Origin: Camelus dromedarius
Lineage: Eukaryota
Length of the DNA: 64,000 nt
Assembly: GCF_036321535.1 (NCBI RefSeq)
Contig: NC_087436.1
Span: 103,046,001-103,110,000 of the forward strand
Direction of reading: 5' to 3'
Notes under the pieces: model-generated
Seen by the model: only the letters and a program-made list of their open reading frames with translations
What the model was told of the DNA's origin: nothing
The model's database searches: none
Part shown: positions 12,418 to 25,000 of the stretch, piece by piece
Layout of the letters: each line of letters begins with the position of its first letter
Position numbering within the stretch: position 1 is the stretch's first letter
Position numbers and translations under genes: made by a program

Positions 12418-13475
12418 CCTGGGGACAAAAAGACCTATGGTGCATATCAAGAAGCAAGAAATCAAATAAATCATGGCCTCTGCCCACAAAAAGCTTATAG
12501 TTTATTAGCAAAAAAGTGCAACACAGAAATAACTAGAACACACTAATCTAAGATGTGGGGCTTCAGACTTGTGACTTTTTACTCTATCACATCATCAGCT
12601 AATCATTAGAAACGGGTGGTGATTGAGCCCTCAGACAAGGGGCTGGGGTGTCTGGGTGTCTAGCTACCACGGGCATTAACAGATGCATCTGCCTTTTAGA
12701 TTCACAGTCTGCTGGATCCATTGTTCAGAATGGGTGTGGATTCACATTGCAAGATAACTTCCCCAGAAGAAAATATAGATTATTTCAAAATCTTCTCACA
12801 ATTAAGTTTGAGTTTTGTAATAAGCAAACACTTTCCAAGCACCTTACCCTAAAGGTTCTCTTTAGAAAAAGCTGGCATTGTAAAGAATGAGAGTTGTAAT
12901 TAGGAATAAATACACACTCGTATTATTGCATTTTATGTCTAATATCCTTTGAGATATTTTACATAATATTTTCCAGACTTAAGGACTGATATATAAATAG
13001 AGATTTGAAAATTTTAAATGCAGGTTAACTGAAAATACTTCAATTACAAGCAAGTATATTTCTATGTTAAAACTGAAATAAGATCCCATTTGAATTTTGA
13101 CCTCATCAAAGAGTTGCAATGCAACTTAATATAGATAACTTAAAAATTCACTTGCAGAGTAAAAGAGAGGGCTAAGAGGAATATTTTTTCATTGTATCCA
13201 TATTTGGAAGTATAAACCATTCTATTGAAGAAGGCACAAAGAATAGCTTAAATCTTGAAAGTCCAGGATGGAATTTCGTTATATTCTCTACTTTCATTTA
13301 AGTCTCACTTTCACATTTAATGAGAGTGAGGAACACTGTCCACTCCCACAGCAGGGCTTGCTGTCTAGGTACCTGATGGCAGAGCTTCAACATGACAGTA
13401 GCCAGTGCTCTAAGAACAAAAAAAAAAAAAAAAAAAGAAGAAAAGAAACTAAATTTGGGTTATAATAACTAGAAA

Positions 13476-14040
13476 GGGGAGTTACTGATGGAGCATTAAC
13501 TCCAGGTGTGACTTCAGGATGGAGAGTGAAGAGTTCTGCAAAACCGTTGCCCAGTGAAATAGCCACTAATGGAGAAAATCATGAAAAAATTAAAATATCT
13601 ATAAATGGTCCTAAGGGCATCTAATAGATGAAGAAACTAAATCTCAGTAAGAATAGCAAAAGTCTGTAGCAGTTGAGGACAGACCTCCCTGCCTCCCCAC
13701 CCTTGCCGCCTCCCCTCCCCCACAACAGCTCAGGAGTATGGAAGCACTGCTCTGGGCTCTGGGCTCTCGGTATGTGTTGCTAAGAAGATGGAGACTTTCT
13801 TTTCCTCCAGCTCCCACCCAAGGGCTACCATGACTTGAAAGCCGCAGTACCCCCACGTTTCTCGTGCCCCGCCATCTCAGTATAGGGGAGCGCCTCTGAG
13901 AGGGCAGGGGATGGGAAGGTATAAGGTGGGGGCTTTACCCGACCCAGGTCTAGAACACTGGAACCAGAAAAGCAGGAAGGCTCAGCTGAGAAGAGCACCC
14001 CTGGAGTCGGAATAAATCTCAAAGACTGGTCTCAAAAACA
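13476..14040 (+). mobile_element. L1 5' end (L1M4-type 5' UTR)
   Basis: gtgaagagttctgcaaaaccgttgcccagtgaaatagccactaatggagaaaat...ggtcctaagggcat...gaagaaactaaatctcagtaagaatagc matches recalled L1M4 5'-end consensus; GC-rich. Confidence 0.7.
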
Positions 14041-14495
14041 AAAGCGAGCACAGCCCAAATGTCTATTAGCTGATAAATAGAAAAGAAAATACGCATTCTT
14101 AAAATGGGATATTATTTTGCAAAAAAAAAAAAAAGAAGTAACGATATTTGTTACAACGTGGATGAACTTTGAAGACATTACGCTAAATGAAAGAAGCAAG
14201 TCATAAAATATCACATATTGTATGTTTCCATTTATATGAAATATCCAGAATAGACAAACCTATAGAGACAGAAAGTAGATTAGTGGTTGCCTATGACTGG
14301 AGGTGTTAGGGTCGGGGGAGGAATTACTGCTATTAGGTACAAGATTGATTTGGAGGGTGATAAAAATATTCTAAAATTGATGTGGTAATTTTTGGTATAT
14401 TCACAACTCTGAATATACCAAAAAAACACTGAATTGTGTATTTTAAACAAGTGAATTGCATGGTATGTGAATTGTATCTCAATAAAGCTGTCATG
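14041..14495 (+). mobile_element. L1MB7/8-like 3' end
   Basis: cagcccaaatgtc...ggatgaactttgaagacattacgctaaatgaaagaagc...tatagagacagaaagtagattagtggttgcc...gaattgtatctcaataaagctg. Confidence 0.92.
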
Positions 14496-15099
14496 TATAT
14501 ACTATTTAAGTAGACATTTGGTGGTTCCTACAATCATTGGGATGACTGGAGAAACTGGCTATGAAAAAGATAGAGAAGAAATGGTGGCTAGGCTCTCCCA
14601 ACCACAGCTGGAATGAACTGACAACATCTGAGGCTAGTAACACCTGGCCACTGCACTCCTCCCTGCCGCTACCAATCTTCCCCGAATATGATATGCAAGG
14701 ACTTCTGTCATTGGTACCACCATCCATCCAAAAAGATTCTACACTCTCCTTACTGTTTGCATCATTAGCTCCCATGTCAAAGCATTGGGACAGCTCATCT
14801 AATTGGTTACACTTACGTTACATGCCTGCCTGAGCACAATGTGTAAATACAGAGTCATTTGCTTCTTTGCATTAAAGTGACTTTTGGGTCCTTATCAGGC
14901 AAAACTCCTTCAAGCGTGAAAAAGAACTCAATATTGGGCAGATAAAGACAACATATATACACCAGTAAATAAATATAAAATACACCATATAAATATATAC
15001 TAAAATGAAAGTAACTAACACATATACTTCTTACCATGTACAAGATAAGACACTGCTCCAAGAGATTTATGTATTTTAAATCACTTATTCTTTGCATCA

Positions 15100-15270
15100 A
15101 GAATATGAAGGAGGTACTTTTATTATCTTCCATAGTTTTCCAGAAGAGGAAATTGAGACGCAGGGAGATAACGGAAAACTTTACTTATCACTGAGCTTTT
15201 AAGTGGCAGAGACAGGATTTGAAACCAGGGTGTCTCTGGAGGCCGTCCTGTAAACCACTGCTGTGCTGAA
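15100..15270 (-). mobile_element. MIR SINE
   Basis: cagaagaggaaattgagacgcagggag...aagtggcagagacaggatttgaaaccagg. Confidence 0.8.
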
Positions 15271-15819
15271 CTCCCTCCCTGTTAATAACAAAGGTCTTTT
15301 GATTCAATTCAGCTCTCCTAGATAGATCATGATCCATACTCAGACATAAGCTTTTCCCACCAAGCATACTCACTGAAAAATAGCCAGATTAATTTAGCAC
15401 TTCGTTCTCTTACTTCTTAGCGGCTCTGTTTGAAGTTAAGAGAGAGTGTAGGAGCAAAAGTGAGTACAACACAATCTTTGCTCTTAACAAACTTACAGTA
15501 TAAATGGATTCATGCTAAATGAGTACATAAAACTTACATAACAACTGCGTCTTTCAAGAGATGAAAACAAGAAACACTTGTCTTCAAAATAAATGTCAGG
15601 CAGAAATACACTACATGAAATAAAAATATAATGAGTTTGGTTGGAGTCTGGGTTTTCAAATTTGAACCTATACCCACTAACCCTCTTACTGGACCTCCAA
15701 GACAATTTCCGCAGCACCTCTGAGGAAACTCTCAGCTCCCTGAATTTCAGTTTGAAAATCCTAAATTATGATAAATTCAGAGAGAAAGAGAAAAATTAAG
15801 ATTTACTGGACTTTCTATG

Positions 15820-16975
15820 GAAAAGAGATAGCACTGAGTTAAGGGAAAGACTTGACAGATGCAGATGAGTGGTGGTGATAAACTAGGAAGAGGACTAATA
15901 TGACCACAGATTCACAGTGTTCAGGAAACAGTGGACGATCCAGTTTTGTTTGAATATAGATCATACATACAGGCACCCTGAAAAACGTGGTGAGATAAAT
16001 TTTCTTAACGTTATGGAGTTGCCAATGTAAGGTTTAAGCTGGGCAGTATCAAGAAGTCATTAAGTTTGTTAATTAGAGAGCAATATCATCAGAGCCATGT
16101 TTTATACTTCAGGATAACAACAGTTGTGTATACTTCAGGATATCAATCAATGTGTGTGTTTGTTTTGTAAGTGTAGGGCAGTTTCAAATGGTGACAGAAA
16201 GCAGAAACAGAGACTGGCTAGAAGACTGTCTCAGAATATTGTTAATGGGATTGAGTTAAATGGGAAAAAAAGGAGACATATTTGCTGGATTGATGAATGG
16301 ATGAGAAAATTAACGAAAGAATGAATAAATGCATGATTCAGCATGGAGGCAGAATCTATATAATTGAATCAGTTTTCACAACATGAGAGAAAAGTCCTAT
16401 GTTGATGTTGAGAGTTTATTTGAAATGTTGACGATCTCTAGAGTAATGCTTGTATAATTAACAGAAATCAAGAAGAAAAATGGGGTGATCGTTTTGAGGT
16501 AGAAATAATATATTTGATCATTCAGATAAAGGTTATCTTGAGGCATCTTTGCAGTGATGTCAAGAAGTTGAAATTACAAATCTAAACTTTAAGAGAGAAT
16601 TTAGATCATAAAATCTGATAATATATATTCAGAGAAAGTAAATTAAACTGTAGGAATAGATTCAGAATATGATTAGACGAAATTAAAAAGAGAGAAGTTC
16701 TGGAAAATAAATACTTCTAGGCTGGGGATAAAAGTATGAAAAATACCAGAATAATTATAAAGAAGACATGACTCACGTTTGCAATGAGCCTAGAAGCCAG
16801 GGAATGAGAATTTAAAGAACTGATTTGCAAAGTACGTTGGAAAAGAGCATCAAATGTTGCAGAAATTAAGGATTTGATACAGCAAGTGATCAGCTCTGCT
16901 AAATAAAGAACATCGTTTGTGCTGTATAAAACCTTGGTCAAAGCACCATTAGCAATACTATATTGGAAAACAGAA
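15820..16975 (-). mobile_element. decayed L2 LINE
   Basis: Long purine-rich antisense L2-like tract (gagactggctagaagactgt, gttttgaggtaga, atcaaatgttgcagaaattaagg, aaaccttggtcaaagca). Confidence 0.5.
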
Positions 16976-17511
16976 AAAAAATCCCTTTAACCAGTTGCAA
17001 GACTTTCAGGCTTTAAAAACCTTACTTTATAAGTATGATTAACCAAATGGCATAATTTCTTCATTGAGTTTATGTTAGGTCACACGGAATAGGCCTACAG
17101 ATTTGGAATTATTCTGCAGCTTTGAACAAGATTAACATAAGCATTATTTAAAGGACGTACTTGTACAAATGTGCCACTTTCTGAAGATATTCAAGAGCAG
17201 TGTTGAGGTTTTGTTTCACACATATGTGATCTTCCAGTTACTCAAACACAATAGATGTCCGGTAAGTGTTTCTCAATAATTTCTTAACTATGATGACGAC
17301 CAGCGGCTCTTATGCTGAGGTACTGAATCTTTCTATTTATTCTATTTCTTTTTGCCTGAAATAGAAACCATATGGTAAGTATTTTCTACTTAGATATTAT
17401 GCTTCAACGGTTTGCACTATATTTAAGGATTATGAAGGAAAACAAAACTAAAAATAAGCGACCATATAAATTTTCTAAGGCAAAAAGAAGAAGATACATC
17501 TCTCTGTCTTT

Positions 17512-17533
17512 CACACACACACACACACACACA
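17512..17533 (+). repeat. (CA)n microsatellite
   Basis: about 11 CA units. Confidence 0.95.
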
Positions 17534-20500
17534 AGCATAGCTTTAAAATTTTTGTTTTATAGTCCATTTTAGTAGTATTGTAGATATAGCTGATCTTCCA
17601 AGTCTACTTATGAGAGTTGAGTTAATATACACAAACATGATTTACAAATTATAAAACACTCTAAAACTATTGTTTTACTAACCTTATTAAAATTTGCATA
17701 AGGCAAGAGGAGAGTATTTATTAAGGCAACATAGTAGATCATGAAATAGAAAGAAGCACGCGCGAGGAGTTTGATTTTTATAGTACCTTGTAGTTCTACT
17801 CATTTTGGCTTGGCGCTCTCACTGGCCCCACGAAGAAAGGAAAACTAGATGATACTATTTTTCTAATTGTTTAAATGGCAAAACTCATATCTACGGGTAG
17901 TCATTTTCAAAATCACATACGTATCCAGATGGAAAATAACAAAGATTTGCTGGATCCTGTGTCAGTATCTTGTACCCCCAAAGGAACTTTTTCAAGGTCA
18001 GAAATCAAGTGACAGAGATTATACTTTGATCTTTGGCTGTTCACCACATACAATATTTCTTGAATTCGTATCTGTATCAGGATTTCTTCTGTCAAAATCA
18101 ATATTGTTTTTTTTCCAAACAAAATTCTTAAAACTGACTTTCAGACATTTTATTTAATTCATTGATAGCTCAGGATGTTGAAGGTAGATGTCTAAGACAC
18201 TGTGATTAATTAAAGACCAATAGTGTATGTCTCCCCACTGCTACATCCCTTCCTCCTCTACATCACAGGGATTCCTAAGTGAGTAAATAAAGTATTTATA
18301 AATTGTTAATAATATAAATCCAACTTGCATAAATAGTGTCATAAATATTCAGACACAGTGCTATAGAAGTGAGGGGGATAAAAATGAGAAATGTATTCTG
18401 AGGAAAAGGATATGGGAAGGGGTCTTGGATCATGATTTGACAATGGCATTCAAGGGAAGTAAACATAGTCAGGAAGATAAAGGACAGAAGATGCAAATGG
18501 TGTTCTTCATTGGTCAAACTCAAGAGAAAACTTCAGAGGTTTGAGATTATAATCAGGAAATTCACCACTACCCAACCAAGCTGTAAAATTGCCTAAGTGT
18601 GCTGAGCAAAGAGCACAGTGCAAGCCTTGAGAGAAATGTTTTGAACACTCGTTATAGACACGTGCATGTGGGGCAGTCACATTAAATGAGCGGGAGTGTA
18701 CATTTGAAGAGAAAAAAATTCAAATTATCCAGAGATGGTATAAATTGATAGTGCTAATTGTGCAACAAAATATTATGCTAACTAAAATAAACAGTTATGC
18801 AATTGCCTTGACACTTAAACTTTAATAAACTCTTCATCTCAGATCTGCCTGTTTGCTAAAAATGAAAGGAGACTTTTATCTGACATCATTGAAGCCTAAT
18901 TTTAATAGGCATCATTAGGAAATGCATAGTCATTTATCTTTTCTTAACCATGAAGCAAAAAATTCATCTTTTTGAAAAATTGAGCATAAATCAAAAAATA
19001 CTGGGTAGCTGCATACTTGATAATTTAGAGAACTTCGAAGCATTTCAAGACCTTAAATAACTATGTCCCAGGTCTTCTGATTTATCTTTGAAGATTTATT
19101 AATCAGAAGTATATTCTATTTTATGCCGATTTTATATTCTTTGTAAAATTTCAGTCAACTTCATAGAATTGTAGTTTTATGAAAGAATGATGGAAACATT
19201 AGAATTTAATACTGAAGAATAAGAAAATTTCGTGCATTCAGATCTTATAATATGCTCTCTTCATGAATAATAAATGGTATGTGGGTGTTCTATGATGATA
19301 TTTCCCAACTCTTTCCTTATCTCACTTCAAGACCAATGATTGCTTTTCCTAAAGTCCCCTTGTATCAGGTGGCTTCTCTGCCCAGTAACTATCTTGGCTT
19401 TCTATTGCCCCACCACACTGAACCCTCTTTCTGACAATCAAAACCCTGTAAAATATGGCCCCATGTTTCCTAATTAATTTTTTCCTCCCTCAAGTTTTTA
19501 CCATTTGCTTGATTTCTAATCAGATTATTTTCCACACCATTTTAAATATAGTTAAAACCAACTTATATATTTGGCTATTATGAACACTTATTTCACTGGT
19601 CTCTACTATCTGAACTTTTCCAATTATTCAAGACCTACCTCTATTGCATTACGCCTTTTTAAAAAGATATATTAACTGACTCATATGATACAGGCACAGC
19701 ACAGTTAAATCTTATCCTTGCCTTCAAGGATCTTACAGTTTAATAAGAGCAAATCCAAAGAACGAAACAGTAAATCGCTAATACTTAGACTTCTTTGACG
19801 AAGGAAGTCTGTGGCATGAAGGTGATGGCAAGACAAAGCCGTACGTGTAGGAGTGGCTATATTCCAGGAGGCAGAGGGTCTATTTTCAGGCAGAATGTTG
19901 GGCACATGGGCAGTGAGTGGCTTCCCCAACTCTACCCCTAGTGCTACAAATCCAGTACCAGCATCTGGTCCTTGCACCCAACTCACCACAGCATAAACCC
20001 TGGATAATTGAAACTCAGGCAAGGACCATCACCAGGAGGCTCAAGCCATCAATCGCAAGGAAACACTTCATTGTGTAATAAAATGGGGCATCCATAAAAC
20101 TGATTCTTCCAGAAACTGAAGGAAGGACACAGGAACTTACCAGAGGGCCAGGTCAGACTGGGTGTGTGCATTCACTATAGATTTATCCATTAATTATTTG
20201 TACAAATAACTAAATTCCCAGGAGTCCAAAGAATTCTGTTGCAATAATGAAAGGAGAAAAGGATGTCTTATGACAGCAACCTACAACCAGAAAGTGTGGT
20301 TCCACTGGCTCGTAAAATGAGTGCTGGCAACAGCTCCTCCAGGATTCTAATGTGGTCTTGAGGTTTCAATTAATACGAATCATCTATCACATCTTTATAT
20401 GATAACTATCAGAGAAGGGCTATTCCACTGTGATATTACTCACCAAGACCATGTAGATTTAGTAAAGTATAAGCTCCCTTATAATGGAGTTTATCATAAT

Positions 20501-20807
20501 TCATGGAACTATTACTTATTTCCAACAAAAAATTATCTGGATATTTTAGAGACACTGCTTCATCCTAAATTTTTTTTTGCTAATTTTACTAATTTTCTCT
20601 TTAATTTTGCTAATTCCAATTGGCCAGCTTCCCTGTCACTGACTGTTTTCGAGCCAAAACTATACTTCAGGTTGTGTTACGTCTAGGTGAGGCAAATGCA
20701 TGTGACTGAGAGGTGTAAGTGCAGCATTAATGGACAAATCATACGACAAGGTCTGCACCATTACATACAAGGGCCAACGTCTGTCAATGTGGACTACTCC
20801 ACAAATA

Positions 20808-20995
20808 CGTGTGCAAGATAAAACACAGGACATACAGTTACACTTTAACTTCAGATAAACAACTAATACTATTTTAGTACAAGTATATTTCAAACTGCAT
20901 GTACCACAGCTATAAACCAATTCTTTACCTGAAATACAAATTTCACTGGCAACTCTATTGGCAATAGAGTCAATTTCCTAAATCTGGCAACTCTA
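20808..20995 (+). mobile_element. MER53 palindromic MITE
   Basis: agataaaacacaggacatacagttacactttaacttcagataaacaactaatactattttagtacaagtat...gaaatacaaatttcactgg...ctaaatctggcaactcta matches MER53 consensus. Confidence 0.85.
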
Positions 20996-21060
20996 TTGAC
21001 AAATGAGTGGCATTATATCAGAAATGAAAACTTTGACTTTCCCTCACACCCCAACCAGAT

Positions 21061-21283
21061 CAGGGTATCTCAACCTTAAAGTTACTGACATTTTGGGGCT
21101 GATAATTTTCTTGGTGGGGAGTGGGCAGGCTGCTCTATGTGTTGTAGAGTAAACAGCAGCCGTCCTGGACTCTACCCACTGGATGCCAGTAGCATCTGCC
21201 CAGTTGTGACAAGCAAAACAAATGTTCCCAGACATTGCCCAGCTTCCCCTGGGAACAAAGCAGCCCCCAGTTAAAAACCATTT
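21061..21283 (-). mobile_element. MER20 (hAT-Charlie), full length
   Basis: cagggtatctcaacct..actgacattttgggg...ctctacccactggatgccagtagca...cagttgtgacaa...cagacattgcc...cccagttaaaaaccat. Confidence 0.92.
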
Positions 21284-21864
21284 ATCTAGGTATGTGTTAA
21301 AGACACAACTGATTTAACCATCAGGATTATTCAGTCCACATCTTTCTCTTTTAGCTAGGTAACTGCAGCAAACAAACAGAAAAAGACACACGTGGAGCTG
21401 GTTAAATTAGTTGCACTTTATTCGGTGTGTAACGTCAATTTCTAGCTAATCGATTTGCTGATACATTTGATTGTTAACAGCAGACCATGAAAAAGCCTTC
21501 TGTTGTATGATCCCCCTTGGGAAGCTACTGACTCAGTACTCAGCACAAGAGCAGTCTGGGTTCAAAATACTTAGTCTGACGGAAGATACTTAGAGATCAC
21601 AAGATGCGTGCTCTACACACGTCTACACGAGCACGTGGCCTACTGAGACGCAAAGAGGCTCTTCTGTGGCTCATCTGTCTTGGCTGCAACCATGTTCCAA
21701 CTTCAATGGTAAGCTAAGGTGCAATTTAAGATGATTGAAGTAACAAGAATGCCTGCTGAGGTCTGTTTTAATTCAGGGAGAAGAAGAGCTGCGGGATAAG
21801 GATAAATGACAGAAGCAGGGGATGAGATGGGTTTCTTCCTATTTCTGTTACTGCCAAAGAAGAG

Positions 21865-22002
21865 GGTATAAACTCCAGGGCAAAGACTTCATCTGCTTCT
21901 GTCTCTGCTCTTTCTCCCAAACCTAGAATGGTACCTGGCCCACAGTAGGTCTTCAATGATATGTTCACTGTGAATAAATGAATGGATGAATGAACGAATG
22001 AA
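21865..22002 (+). mobile_element. L2 3' end
   Basis: tataaactccagggcaaagac...cctagaatggtacctggcccacagtaggtcttcaat...gaataaatgaatggatgaatgaa. Confidence 0.85.
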
Positions 22003-23094
22003 AAACAGCAGGTGGAGCTGACGTGGTCATATACTCTGCCATTGATTAGGTACCCTGTCCAAGTGGAGATTGTATTTTGTTTTGGCAGACAGTGTTACTT
22101 TACTTACACGGTTGTACTGACTTAAAAAGAACTAAAACTCTTAACATTAATATGCTTAATAAATGATTAAGCTCTTATCAGAATTAACATTATCATTCAT
22201 TAAGACCGACTGCAGGGCTCTAATTTCAACCAGCCAGGATAAGTGTGCTAAGTGGTATTCTGTAACTCTTAGAATGTATGTGTATGAATAGACAAGACAT
22301 GAAATATGGCCTGCATTTATTCCCTAATGACTGCGTAACTTCCAGACGAAGATGTGAGAGATGGAGAGGGATTCAGTGAAAGAAAGAGAGAGGAATAGAG
22401 AGAGAGAGAATTTGATAAAGACGTTATTTAGTTGTTTGAGGGGAAAAATCACATGCTTCATGTTAAATATTGCAAAAAACCAAGAGCAAAGTTTGCCTTA
22501 AAAAATGCCTGGACAGTGTTCTGGGTGTACTGCACTGTTTTCCTAAAGCTGATAGGATTTTGGTAGTGCCTAGAATTTTGCATAATACAGCAATTAGCTG
22601 TGCTCTCGCCTTAGATATATTAAAGGCAAGTAATTTCTCAAATACTACTGTTAATGAGGTTGATGAAGCCAGTTTTATCATTTTGAAAACATCTGTTGGG
22701 CCATGACTAATTGGCAAAAGAACAGTGATCAAAATTTCTGAAACATTTCCTTCATATTTGATTATGAAGAAGCAACTGCCCTATAGAAATGCAAAATGCA
22801 TATAGTACACAATTATGGGCTTTTTATTATTCAGAATTCAATACAAATATTCCGTCAAACACAAAAAAATCAAATAATAATTTAAAAATTCTGTCTGCTG
22901 CACCATTTTCCCCTTCACATCAAAATTAGAACAGACATTGCACATGTTCAATACCAGAGGAGAGAATGCCTTCATCCCCAAGCACTAAATTTGTACTTTT
23001 ATTTTCAGCCCAGCACTGCAAGATATTATCAATCTAGCAGTATCACATTAAATCAGGGAAATCTCCTAGGGCTGCTATCTCGTGCTCATCTCAT

Positions 23095-23228
23095 ACACTC
23101 TGCGAGCCTCAATTTCCTTATCTGTAAAATAGGAGTAACAGTGACTTTTAATATGAAATGTAATGATGTTTATAAACTGTTTATGGTCATGTTTGGCACT
23201 CAGGAATTAACAGGAGGCTATTGCTATT
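23095..23228 (+). mobile_element. MIR SINE
   Basis: ctctgcgagcctcaatttccttatctgtaaaataggagtaa. Confidence 0.8.
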
Positions 23229-23656
23229 CGTTTTCCAAACAATTTCAATCCAGATATAAAAATTCTTTTGGTTTTAAGTAAACACTTTCTGCAATTGTGT
23301 AAATCTTTATGGTCTGATATAGCAAAGTGTTACTTTTTTTAAAAAAATTATATGGTAATGCAAATATAAACTTCAATATATACAAGGGATCAACATTGCT
23401 GTTTGTTGGGCCCAAAATCAGTTCAAAACAATACATTTAGTTAAAGACATCTAAGATTTATGGAACAAGCATCAAATGCCAACATTATGCTAAGTGCTAT
23501 ATAAAGATGAGCAAAATTCCACCGAATTCACAATCTTGGTTATGACACAAAAGCAATAATCTTACTTCAATATGCAGAGCAAAATTTAGCTCTTCTACCC
23601 TGACTATAAAACCTAGACCCTGGGCTTTACCTCTGTATATTGGAAAGAGATATCTG

Positions 23657-23705
23657 AGTGTGTGCATATGTGTGTGTGTGTGTGTGTGTGTGGGCGTGTG
23701 TGTAT
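23657..23705 (+). repeat. (TG)n microsatellite, interrupted
   Basis: gtgtgtgcatatgtgtgtgtgt...gggcgtgtgtg. Confidence 0.95.
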
Positions 23706-23859
23706 GCACATATGTATGCTTTCTTTTGTTTGTTTCTTTTTAATAATGGAAGCTGCCTTTCCAAGGATGAATGTTATCTCTATTCCTAGAGCAACTGATC
23801 AAAACAGAGGGAGATTTTAAAACATCAATTCTTTCCCATCCAACTATATATCAACAAAT

Positions 23860-24753
23860 GCAGTCATTTAGTCAACAATTATTTACTGACTACCTACATG
23901 ACACTGATAAAAGTTGGGCGATACAAAGATAAGTAAAACAGGCAAGACGCCACTCTTTCAGTGTTCAGACTCTATGGGTCTACAAATCTACAACATATAA
24001 CACGCAGACGTACCAAATGCAGTATAACAAGGCCCTTCTTCCACTTCAAACTTAACATAACTTAAAATTTTAGCAAAAGAAAAGGAGAAAAAAACCAAAC
24101 ATTTGCACACACTCAGGATATCTGTAACCTTCTCATGAGAAAGCATCCATTCATTTATGCAATAAGTATTTATTGTGAAGTTTAGGTTGCCAGACACTTT
24201 GTTGAGAAGTGGTTACAAACAGATAAAAGAGACCATGTCCTTGGCTCAAGTTAAGATTTCACTCCAGGGGCAAAGAACAACCAGGAAAGAAAAGCAAATC
24301 TTGGAGTGTGATGTCCCCCCGCACGTCTATCACCTCCCACTAGTGTACATCTTCTTCCATTACTGTCTACTCTTGAGAGTCACTGCTTTTGAAGAGGGAG
24401 CTAGACAATAAAGATAAATAAATGCAATCAAATACTAGAGATACTATGATATAAAAGTTTATAAAGCGCAGCAGTGTCACAAGTGTTGGTTTGAATAATT
24501 TAATCTTGCAGAAGGAAGGTATTCAATATACTGAAATAAATAACTGGACTTTTGAAGTAAAATTTGAAAGGTAAGAAAAATATTCTAGCTTGTTTCCTAA
24601 GCTACTGGTGGCAAAGAAGGGGCAAGCCTTTAGAAAGTAGGGGTTATGCTTCCTGAAGTTAAAATAAAACATATAGGAAACAACATGGCACTGAGAACTT
24701 CAAGTGAGTAGAAAGTGGTGTTTAAAGGAAGTGCAGAAATAGACATGAGCCTG

Positions 24754-24800
<47 letters not shown>

Positions 24801-25000
24801 ATACCATGGGTTGAAGAGTGAGGGCTTATGAGTGATACTGAATTATTTTAAATTGGCAATAAAATGATTAAACTTGTATTTCTGAAAGACTTCCATGGCA
24901 GCAAGTGGAAGGTGCATTAGAGGAATGTACAACTGCAAATCAAAATCACAGATGATGATTTAAGCAGTCCTAACAGATCAGATCATAAGCATATGAAAGA
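23860..25000 (-). mobile_element. L2 fragments (two antisense 3' ends plus body)
   Basis: tcatttagtcaacaattatttactgactacctac (23864) and catccattcatttatgcaataagtatttattg...gccagacac (24143). Confidence 0.6.
24759..24798 (+). repeat. (AC)20 perfect microsatellite
   Basis: uninterrupted AC run. Confidence 0.97.

Larger units (their letters stand above)
13393..14840 (-). mobile_element. MLT1K/L-like MaLR LTR split by the L1 at 13476-14495
   Basis: Left part agaaactaaatttgggttataataactagaaa; right part caatcattgggatgactggagaaactggct...gctcatctaattgg..catgcctgcc; the two parts are colinear with recalled MLT1K/L. Confidence 0.45.

Noticed and set aside
13680..14010. CpG island or host gene promoter
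   Set aside because: GC-richness is explained by the L1 5' UTR and CpG density is low
17255..17385. Isolated consensus splice donors (ccg|gtaagt, atg|gtaagt)
   Set aside because: No convincing paired acceptor or reading frame; such motifs are expected by chance in 64 kb
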